A program made the position numbers and the translations under genes. Under the pieces are notes generated by a model. The model worked only from the letters and a program-made list of their open reading frames with translations, made no database searches and had not been told where the DNA came from. This document shows positions 53,148 to 64,000 of a DNA stretch of 64,000 bases, one piece after another; the stretch's first letter is position 1, and every line of letters begins with the position of its first letter. The stretch is from Phoronis australis (taxonomy: Eukaryota; Animalia; Phoronida): assembly GCA_002633005.1 (NCBI GenBank), contig NMRA01000029.1, positions 1,212,086 through 1,276,085 of the forward strand, read 5' to 3'.

Positions 53148-54714
53148 TCAGCCTCTCGTTTTTGTCTCAGGTGACTACATAGTTTTTGTTCTGATTGGTT
53201 TAAACAGTCCCGTAAGATGCTTGTAAATAACTGTTTGTAGCTGTGGATGTTGTACCCACCCTGTATTGCCCTTCGGACTGGTTTCCTGCTTACTCTGTAG
53301 TCACACCCCAGGTTCCATTTGTGAGTTCTTCACCACTGTATTCGTGTAACCCGTATTCAGTGTTTGACATAGTTTCTACTGCCATGCTAGCTAGGTTTAA
53401 TTACTGTCTAACATTTCAACTAAAAAAGTGTGTGCTTATCCCATAACCTTGACTTCCAGAATCGATTTTGTCATACTTGAAAACCTGTAGTTTCATGTAT
53501 CTTACTCGTTTTGAAAGGCATTTATTGGGACTTGTTAATTTCAATATGGCCGATGGCGGCCATCTTGGATTTGAGGGTTATGCCGGCAAAATCCAGCCCG
53601 GCATACATTTTTTGACTTTGTAGCCCAAAATTAGTTAAAATTAATCATCAGATCAGCATTACCTCCAGATGCCCTCAACAGTCATTTTTTGCCAAACTGG
53701 AACCTGAATACGGCTCTGGTTACTATTTTCCTAAAATTTAGCGTCCAACGTGGTTACCGTAAGCTTCACCACTCCAGCGATTTCATCTGTCACGGATAGT
53801 TCTACGTCTACTGCTTCCTCTCCAGCCATGTTTTGGTTTCGCCTCACACTTCAATCTGTAGCAACTGCCCATCATTCCGCCACTCTAGACCCCCTTGATG
53901 AGAACTTTCATGATAAAGAGTTTCCCGTTCGTCAATGAAGTGTCGATGTACTGGGTTGAGGTCAACAGCTGCTTCCAGCAGATTCATGTTTAGTGATTTC
54001 AACCGTTTTTGAAATACGTTAATATGTTACAATGTTCGGCTCGAAACGAACTTAAAGAACGTAAGAAAACACACCATCAATTTATCAGCTTTAGACCTTT
54101 TGTCTGCTGAATCGAACTCATTGTCATTCGTGAACTGACGAAGTTCAACCAAGTCTCAAAGTTACAATGGACTTCACAGCTGCTTCTATAGCACTACATC
54201 GCTTGCCTGATTCTTTCAGACATCTTTTGCCTAGGATTTGTTTGCCCCGAGAAAATCGTACACTGGTTGTATCGTTCCAAAATGACGATCGTTGCATCAA
54301 CAGATGCAACATGAACTCCTGCCAAATTCAGTGAGCGATTGGCCCAGTTAATAAGCATTGCTTTGGCATTCCTCTCACGGAGTCTTGTCTGCACCCCACT
54401 TAGGCATATTTTTTCGACAGTCTAGAGGAAGTGGTAAGCTCCGACCACACTGATGGGCACTGAATTGAGAAACGATAACGTGCGCATGATGTCGCTAGCG
54501 GACCACAACCACAATTTTCGAAGCAAATGTGTTCACGTGTTCACGTAAACTCTAGAAAGGTGTCTCTGTTCGTGTCCGGAATATAGCAGGCATCGATTAT
54601 GATTTCTGTAATATCCAATAAAAAAATATTCGAACGTGATTGCGTTATGCAGCGTCGTTTGATTTTCCATGCTTCTGCTACTGCTACTGCAATGGTGAGG
54701 ATTTGTCATTTCAG

Positions 54715-54987
54715 AACTACCCAAGGTCACGGGTCTTAAAGTTACACAAAGAACGACCACATCCCTCTTAGCTACCTGGACAAAATTACGGGGTAATAAA
54801 ATCTCATATTCCTTGCTGTGTAAAACCGTGACCTCGAATGCTCCGGCGAGCAGATCCACGGTCAAGGAAAACCGTGGATCATGTACTGGGCTTTCGCCAG
54901 GAGAAGAATATGTGCTCATCGTGACGACCAAAAAAAGAGGCTGGCACGAGCCTTCTCAGGAGTTGAAAGACAAAACAACGAAGACAC
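54715..54987 (+). CDS. Mosaic gene exon: fibronectin type III domain 2
   Basis: catttcag acceptor and gtaagc donor; 273 nt, phase 1-1. LPKVTGLKVTQRTTTSLLATW..YSLLC..SCTGLSPGEEYVLIVTT. Confidence 0.92.
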
Positions 54988-55717
54988 GTAAGCTTAATTT
55001 ACATATCCACCTTTGCATTGTGCACATTATTACAGAGACAAGTAGCTCACGTCGTCAATATGACGCCACATTGGAAAGTCTTTCACAGGACCAAAATGGC
55101 GCAAAACACTGGGAGCCCTACGGGGGCTCGAAGTGTTATGCTAGTAGCCAAAGCGTTGAGTTTTTGGTCCTGCCATTGAATCACGTTTTGTTTTTGGTTC
55201 GGTAATGGAGATTAGTGGAGCTGCCGCTATGTGTTTCTATGTTCTGCCACCATACTTTAAGCGGAGCGACCATGCGTTGTTTCCACCTCAGCATTGGGGT
55301 TTGAGACCATATCAGGTCAATTAAAAAATAATTATTGACCAGCACATGATGATGTTTGTTAATTGTACTTAAGTAAATATTTGGTATTAATGGCAATCAT
55401 ATGTGTTTTTACTTTTACTGAAAAACAACAACTGGATGCCCGAACTTACCCGCCAGTCATCCAAATCAGTATATCTAAGTGAATAATCTATTCTTTATTC
55501 AAATATATCCGGCTTTAAAAACTCATTTAGTAATGTGCATTCCATAATGAGATATTTTCTGTTGTACGATAACAAACAAATCCCTGCAAAATCTGTACTT
55601 ATGTCGAATTTGACAATTGAAATTCTGTAGATTTGCACTGCTTGCTTATGTGCTCTAATTGATTTATGACTCAAAATTTGCGCAAAGAAATAAAGTGCTT
55701 CATAACCAAAACATCAA

Positions 55718-56441
55718 GATTCGAGATTCAAGATTCAAGAAGCTTTATTTAACGTCGTACGGAGAACAGATTAACATTAGCCAGTTGGGCTATTACTACG
55801 ACATTAAATTTAACAGAAAAACATGAAGAAAAGGGAACTTAAGCTAGAGGTAGAGAATAACACAGAGATATAATTGTAAATAAAAGTAAAGTTGTCGTAA
55901 TCGCTAAACTATGTACTAACTAGGGTCAAATGAGCATAAACAATAATGGGTACACGTGTAAATGCTATAATCTAGATAAATCATAAGAGAAACGAGTGTA
56001 TACACTACAGTAATTACAGCATAACCTGGAGTGTTTACAAAGAGAACAGTTGCATTTAAGGCCAGTCCAGGTCCGAATCAGTCCACGGAAAATGGTGAAA
56101 GACTCTGTTGTGCGCAACAGATTCTGTACACTGTTCCAGACCCGAGCAGCCTCGAAGCGAAAAGATTGTTTTCCATATTTAACGGATTTAACTTCAGGAA
56201 AAACTAGAAGGTTGCTGTAGCGAAAGGAGTAATTGTTTTCTTGCTTCTTTACAAGTGAAGAAAGTGTCTTGGGTGATTCACCAGGAAGGATTTTAAATAC
56301 TTCTATTGCAATAAGTAGAAGTCTGTGTAGGTGAAGGGGTGGTTTGTTAGCTAGAGAGAGTAGTTGGTCGTGAGTGCTAATGTCGTCATTGTAAACAAAA
56401 CGTAGGTCTCTGAGCTAAAGTTTTTCTAGTTTGAGTGTATT
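55718..56441 (-). mobile_element. 5'-truncated LINE (CR1/L2-group) inserted in the dispersed repeat
   Basis: KLEKL*LRDLRFVYNDD..IAIEVFKI..YGKQSFRFEAARVWN..WTGLKCNCSLC, then AATAAA and a (ttgaatc)-type tail. tcaa occurs on both sides and the host repeat resumes. Confidence 0.85.
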
Positions 56442-56550
56442 TCAAATCCTGTACGACTGAAATGCGCACCCAACCTATACCCAAAATACAGAATTTCTCA
56501 CTCGAAGCCGAATGGAAATATACCCAACCGTGCCGGTGGAACATTAAATA

Positions 56551-59500
56551 ACTAGTCTGTTATTGTCACGCCGTGACAATAACAGACTCTGCGCGTGCAT
56601 ATTACTGGAATTATTATGGAAAGTTACTGACAGCAACCCGTTTACCAATATGAAAAGGAATTCTTTAAAATTATAGGAGAAATTACATATTAATTTTTTG
56701 ATAACCTTTCCACTAATTGACTTCTTCCGGTGCATTATGAGCCCCGATGAGGGAGTAATTGTTAACTCGATTAAAAGTGAGGGTAATGCTAATAATCACA
56801 GATGTTTTACTTTAAGCAGAATACAAGATGAATAAAGTGGTCAAACTTTCAGAAGAAAAATGCACCTAATGACCCCATGGGTGCACCAAATGACCTGAAA
56901 ATTTAGAGTTCAAACTCATTCGCACTTAGTAAATAGATACGTAATTCTGAAGTCTATAGCTCAAAATTTTAGTTTGCACACAATGACCTTTGATCTATAT
57001 TTTCTGATTGGTTAGGCCTATTGCAAAGTAAAGTAGGGTATTTAATTGGCATGTTGACTTACACCAGTGTGCTGAAATTGAAAAGTATTCCTTGAAAAAT
57101 GTAAGAGATATAACATTTTGAACGTTACATGACCTTTGCACTAACTGACCTTATCCGCTGCATTTTAAGCATCTTTAGGAGAATTATTGCAAAGCCCATG
57201 GAAAATGTGTTTAACGCTGAGAATCACAATTGTCTAACGGTTGACACATCAGAATACTTGCTGATTGAAAAGGTCAAATTTTCAAAAGAAAAATGCACCT
57301 AGTGACCCCATGTTTGCACTAAATGACCTGAAACTTTTGGATTCCGATTTGATTTACCTGTGGCAATCAGACCTTTCAATTTGAAGTGTCTAGCTCTAAA
57401 TTTTAGTTTGCACCTAATGACCTTTGACCTATTTCACCTGATTGGATAACTCGATTACTTAGAAAAAAATTCAAATTGCATTGTTGACATATACCTCTGC
57501 ACTGAATTTGAAAAAGATAGCTTTAAAACTGAAGGAGGAGTAGCATTTTGAAAATTATATGACCTTTGCACCAAACGACCTCTTCCGGTGCAATATGGAA
57601 TATGATTATATAATCAATCAAAATTTATATACTGTCAAAAGTCATATGCCGAATTTAAAGACCGTACCTGCACCCAATTTGGAGTTATTAAGCCTCAAAT
57701 TTGGTCGCAAGAAGAAGAATAAGAAGAAGGACTAGAAAGGTTATTGTCACGGCATGACAATAATGAACTCTGCGCGTGCGTATTACTGGGATTGTTATGG
57801 AAAGTTATCGACAGTAACCCGTTTACCAATATGAGAAGGAATTCTTTAAAATTGTAGGAAAAATAACATGTTAATATTTTGATGACCTTTCCACTAATTG
57901 ACCTCTTTCGGTGCATTATGAGCCCGGATGAGGGAATAATTGTAAACTCAATTAAAAGTGTGGTTAGTGCTAAGAATCACAGATGTTTTACTTTAAGCAC
58001 TTTATAATACAACATGAATGAATTGGTCAAACTTTCGGAAGAAAGATGCACCTAATGACCCCATGGGTGCACCAAATGACCTGATAATTTAAAATTCCAA
58101 CTCAATCATATTTACTAAACAGATTATGTAATTTTGAAGTCTCAAAATTTTTTGTTTGCACTCAATGACCTTCGACCTATTTTTCTGATTGGTTAGGGCT
58201 ATTGCATAGTAAAGTAGGGCGTTCGATTGGAATGGTAACCTACACCGGTGTGCTGAACTTGAAAAGAATTCCTTGAAAAATGTAGGGGATATAACATTTT
58301 GAACGTTAGAAGACCTTTGCACTAATTGACCCTATCCGGTGCATTATAAGCATCTTTTGGAGAATCATTGCAAAGCCCGTGAAAAGTGTGTTTAATGCTG
58401 AGAATCACAGTTGTCTAACGGTTGACACATCAGAATACTTGGTGAATGAAAATGACAAATTTTCAGAAGAAAAATGCACCTAATGACCCCATGTTTGCAC
58501 TAAATGACCTGAAACTTTGGATTCCGAATTGAATTACCTGTGCCAATCAGACCTGTGAATTTGAAGTGTCTAGCTCAAAATTTTAGTGACCTTTGACCTG
58601 TTTAACCTGATTGGATGACCTGATTACTTAGAAAAGTAATTTTTTAAATTGCCTATTGACTTATACCTGTGTACCGAATTTGAAAAGAATAGCTTTTAAA
58701 ATAAAGAAGGAGTAGCATTTTAAAAATTACATGACCTTTGCACCAAATGACCTCTTCCTGTGCATTATGGAGTATGAATATATAATGAATCAAAATTTAT
58801 ATACTGCCTAAAATCATATGTTAAATTTGAAGAACATACCTGCAACCATTTTGGAGTTATTAAGTGTCAAAGTTGGTCGGAAGAAGAATAAGAAGAATAA
58901 GAATAAGAATAAGAACTAGAAAGATTATTGTCAGGGCGTGACAATAACGGACTCTGCGCGTGGGTATTACTGGAATTATTATGGGAAGTTACTGACAGCA
59001 ACCCGTTTACTAATATAAAAAGGAATTCTTTAAAATTGTAGGAGAAATTACATATTAATTTTTTGATGACCTTTCCACTAATTGACCTCTTCCGGTGCAT
59101 TATGAGCCCCGATGAGGGAGTAATTGTTAACTCGATTAAAAGTGTGGTTAATGCTAATAATCACAGATGTTTTACTTTAAGCACTTCAGAATACAAGATG
59201 AATGAAGTGGTCAAACTTTCAGAAGAAAAATGCACCTAATGACCCCATGGGTGCACCAAATGACCTGAAAATTTAGAATTCAAACTCAATCGCACTTAGT
59301 AAACAGATACGTAATTCTGAAGTCTCTAGCTCAAAATTTTAGTTTGCACTCAATGACCTTTGACCTATTTTTTCTGATTGGTTAGGCCTATTGCAAAGTA
59401 AAGTGGGTTATTCAATTGGCATGTTGACTTACACCAGTGTGCTGAAATTGAAAAGAATTCCTTGAAAAACGTAAGAGATATAACATTTTGAACGTTACAT

Positions 59501-60314
59501 GACCTTTGCACTAATTGACCTTATCCGGTGCATTTTAAGCATCTTTAGGAGAATTATTGCAAAGCCCATGGAAAATGTGTTTAACGCTGAGAATCACAGT
59601 TGTCCAACGGTTGACACATCAGAATACTTGCTGATTGAAAAGGTTAAATTCTCAGAAAAAAAATGCACCTAATGACCCCATGTTTGCACTAAATGACCTG
59701 AAACTTTGGATTCCGATTTGATTTACTTGTGGCAATCAGACCTTTCAATTTGAAGTGTCTAGCTCAAAATTTTAGTTTGCAGCTAATGACCTTTGACCTA
59801 TTTCACCTGATTGGAAAACCGATTACTTAGAAAGTAATTTTTTAAATTGTCATGTTGACTTATACCTGTGCACCGAATTTGAAAAATATAGCTTTAAAAC
59901 TGAAGGAGTAGCATTTTGAAAATAATATGACCTTTGCACCAAACGACCTCTTCCGGTGCAATATGGAATATGATTATATAACCAATCAAAATTTATGTAC
60001 TGTCAAAAGTCATATGCTGAGTTTAAAGACCGTACCTGCACCCAATTTGGAGTTATTAAGCCTCAAATTTGATCGGAAGAATAAAAAGAATAAGAAGAAT
60101 AAGAAGAATAAGAATAAAATTGAAGAAAACCCAGGAACAGCAGTACTCTGCGCTTACACGCACAGAGTAATAAGAATAAGAATAAGAATAAAATTGAAAA
60201 AAAACAGGAACAACAGTACTCTGCGCTTACACGCGCAGAGTAATTAGAATAAGAAGAATAAAATTGAAGAAAACCCAGGAACAATAGTACTATGCGCTTA
60301 CACGTGCAGAGTAA
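56551..60314 (+). mobile_element. Three nested Helentron-type non-autonomous (HINE/DINE-like) elements
   Basis: Bodies of about 1.18 kb start at 56551, 57731 and 58915 (actag plus palindrome, two ~430-bp TGACC-rich subrepeats, AAGAAT microsatellite). Three terminal hairpins at 60144-60169, 60217-60242 and 60288-60313. Confidence 0.8.
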
Positions 60315-63300
60315 TGACCCCGTGAAAAATGACCCCGGACAGTTTTTTCACACACATTTGACGGCGACAGGCCCGAATTGAAGTATATATTCGAGATACC
60401 GGAGGGGGTGAAATTAAGCTGACGGCCTGACATCACCCAGACCAATAAGCCGACAGACTGACGCCACCAAGCCTAAAGGCCAGTGCGAAACTGGCCAGCC
60501 TCCCTCCGTGTCCGCAAAAATACGGTCCACGAGAAAAAAGAACACTTTGAATCTAAATAAAGGCGCGGTGCACTACCTGGGACAAAGGCTTTGCCGAAAC
60601 GGGCGCAACGATGGTCTGTAGTGGAAACGGAGTTCGTGTGAACTTTTCCTTTTCATACTATAGATAACTTTTGTAGCGTATTTGTTTTTTTCTTATTTTC
60701 GAATAATTTGAAAGACTTACATTCACCTGTCAAAGTCTGAGGCTATGTGGATAGGCACTGATGTCTTGGCAATCGTCTCCATCGCATCTCCCGTACAATG
60801 TGTTCAAAATACGTCGCCTGTAACACCATAAACAGACTAAATAGCGGTACTGAAAGTGGTTCTCTGCCACTGAAACAGAATATAACTACTCACTGCCTTA
60901 GTTTCAAATTTCAAAAAACGACCTGTCAATGGGGCTATTCGGTGAATTCTCCTCGCGGTGTCGCTGCTGTACTAGTGGTGATTGAATTGCGCATGCGTCG
61001 CTATATGCATGCAAACAGCTGGTAAAAAGACGGGAATGTCACCAAATTACGTCGTCGCGCTAAGCCTTATTAATGCTACTTTCCCTGGTGCAAGTCTTCG
61101 ACAGGTGGTCACAAATTCCCAAAAGACCTAAGGTTACTACATTCGTGGAGAATTCCGGTGAAAAAGGTCAACCAACTGACAAAAAGTGTGTGGATGCCGA
61201 AGCCCCGTGTGTTCTCTTGGCATTTCCATTGGGAGACTACATACTGTAACGTTACTTGGTAAGGTATTAGCAACCAGTTTCTATCGACATCGATGTTATC
61301 CCCAGCCATTACCCCACTGAATAATTTATTGAGTGGATCTAAGTATTTCTTTTCTGAAACTCACCCGGGACTCGGATGCCGGGTAGGCTAGCAACACCTA
61401 TTCACATATTGCCCTGGGTGGGAGTGCGCCCAATATAGGAGGTTTGTGGTACGTGATGCTCACAAGTCAAGGATGTATTTTTCACAGCAGTTTCTCTTCA
61501 AAGGTATGTTATGTCCAATAAAATCCTCTAGATGGGTGAGTTTCCGTATTTTATAGTGGCCCCCACCCCCAGGGCTACCAGATTAGTTGCCGAATTAACA
61601 TGAATAAGCTATTCAAAACATGTCATAACATTGCAATGGAATAAAAATTGACACCTAGAATGAATGTTACTTGTTGAGATCAGTAGCACATTTTAGGTGT
61701 CATGAAAAACACACATTGTTAAATCACTTTTAGACTGTTTCACATATTTTAATTCAGATCTTAAATAAGATTTGGGTACAAAGATTATTAGTTTCTACAT
61801 ACAAACATGAAGATGAAACGTCAATTATGTTCTGCCTTACGCAAGTAGTTCTGTCTTGTGTTTTCTTTTATAATTTTCTAATATTTCTCTGACTATTCTG
61901 TTACAGGTGAGAGAAAATGACTGAAACCAGCCGCCTGACCGTCTATTATACCTTTGGACAAAGTGAAAAGCAATCCTTCAGCAATAACCTAAGAAAATTG
62001 AACCTAATTCAGAACTTCAGTGCTTAACATGCCTGATTATGGACTCCGTTGCATTGGGAAATTGTTTTTAACAATGTTGTTTCTTTGTACATGTATGTAT
62101 GTATGTGGTTGTTCAGTTTGCCATTTTGTTTTTAAATACACTGATAATTTTTTATTCTCTTTTCTTGTGCATGACAGATTCTTATCCAGCTAGCTACAAT
62201 TGAAAACATACTTTTCTTGCATGTGGAACTTTTGTTTATAGACAAGTTAACACAAAACTTAAAATTGTTCAAAGGCCTTCTTAAGAAAGCTCATGCAAAC
62301 AAAGGGAATACTTCATTTTGATCGCTGCACATTTCTATAGTTTAACAGGAAAATGAAAATTCGCAAGTGTATTTGTTAATCATTTCAGCTTTATAAAGAA
62401 TAAGCACAACTGCATTGTATAGGACTTTAAAACTGAAGAAATATTGTGTTTTTAATAATTAGTGACAAACTTGCCTGTTGATGAAAAATTTATTATATCA
62501 TCAAAGTGTAACATTAACGGGCTTTCTACTAACAATAAGACAATCAATGCAGTCACTGAATGTCATTTCCCCATAATTTGTGCCAAGTTGAAAAGTTTTT
62601 ACCATTAGTATAAAGATTTTCTTCTGAAAGGAAAAGTTAATGTCACTCAGTGAGAAAGGACAGGTATTTATATCAAATGCTTGCGGTCTTCATTTCACTG
62701 GGATCTAGTTTCAATAGCCTATAGAAGCACTTGTAAAAAAGGTCCAGTTTCGGCACGTGGCTTGCCTTCATGTAACCTCATTCAGCCTCAATAACATCCA
62801 AAATTAGATCCTTGAAGGTGTACACAATAGGATATCACTTGACTCGTTTTGTGCCCAAAATCTGACCCTGAACTAGACCAGAGTGTCACTTGGTCTTCTT
62901 TAGCTTCACTTCCTCATGTTTCTTCCAGGGAAGGAAATAAGCTATTGTCCACACATGACTCATTGCCTGTGAAAGGGCATCCTCACCAACGAGGCTGACT
63001 TGTGTAGCAGTCAGATATAGTTCCTCTTCATACACAAACAATCCACTGGCACATTGTCTTAGGTAACTTAGTATTGCGATTCACATTTCTCCAGGGCCAC
63101 TGACTTTTACATTGTGCCATGCTGCGCTGCTGGTGTGAGGAAATGCGGTGGGAAGAGAAAGAAGTAACAAAGCTTGTCTATGTTGCGGCTTGAAGTGGCC
63201 TTAAAACATCACTGAACCTGGAACAAATATTGAAATATGAATAATTAATTACTCCAGGTTGGGTCGAAAATGCTACCCCTGTTTTTCAAAAATATGATAC

Positions 63301-63753
63301 CGTGACTGCTCTACAATTTCACACAAAATTAAATAATTACTATTTTCAGAAAGAAAGGGTGTATATAATAAATATTGTATAAATCTGCGTCTTTATTTTT
63401 CATTCGTAGCCATAATAATTCTTTAAATGCATCACTTGTCTGCAAAATATACATTTTTTGAGACAATTTCAAACCTTGTTAACCATTTTCAAGCCTTTTT
63501 ATTTTTGATACTTTCAATAATTTTAAAATCCGATTACAGAACCATGGGTCTGTCAAGCATACTTCTAGTCTAAAGCTGAGGGAACCGTATCTCGGACTTT
63601 TTATTTTTCTTCTAATAGAAGATATGAAAACTTGGGTCATTTCAAAATGATGGATAATCTTTCCGTTGTTTAAGAGTAATTACAAATCGTAAGGCACCAT
63701 CAGAAATGCAATTTTCACAAAAATGGCAATCATTTGAATTTATAAACGACTTG

Positions 63754-63790
63754 CAGGGGCGGATCCAAGATTTTGAGTTGGAGGGGGCAG
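63754..63790 (+). mobile_element. hAT-like MITE terminus
   Basis: caggggcggatccaagatttt..ggagggggc resembles the TIR at 37018; partner end not identified. Confidence 0.35.
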
Positions 63791-64000
63791 GGCAGAGTAT
63801 TAGCCAGGATCTTGCCAGTCAGACATTCGCAACCACGAACTGCCAAATGAAATATGGGAGAATTTTAGGGGGGCCATGTACTGGATGGGAAGATCTTGCT
63901 GGTTAGCTGCAGTCAAATGCTTAAAACCAATTTTGGTCCATTCAGGGTCGGCGCAGAAGCGATTCTCTGCACGGTACAAGCCCTCAAACCTAAAAACCAA

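Noticed and set aside
61908-61990. Acceptor ttacag as the next host exon
   Set aside because: The phase-1 reading hits a stop after three codons; no FN3 or transmembrane motif.

Overview
AT-rich animal genomic DNA, probably from a marine invertebrate draft assembly (inference). It has two N gaps and two single-N joins that duplicate haplotypes. One host gene runs on the + strand as six widely spaced coding exons (22875-54987), all symmetric phase 1-1. They splice in frame to ~487 codons: F-type lectin (FTP) domain, kringle, kringle, FN3, FN3. The start and C-terminus were not found, so this is probably part of the ectodomain of a large mosaic surface or secreted protein. Nearly everything else is transposon debris: three Academ remnants (one with TIRs and a TSD), three LINE fragments, an hAT relic, several THAP-domain relics, tRNA-derived SINEs, MITEs, a Polinton-like non-autonomous element, a haplotype-specific TTAA (Kolobok-like) insertion, and a triple-nested Helentron-type (HINE) element. 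The most unusual items are a small tRNA-headed element with Penelope-like inverted ends and a degenerate hammerhead core, the self-nested HINE, and the degenerate lectin/kringle mosaic gene. All calls were made by eye without database searches.
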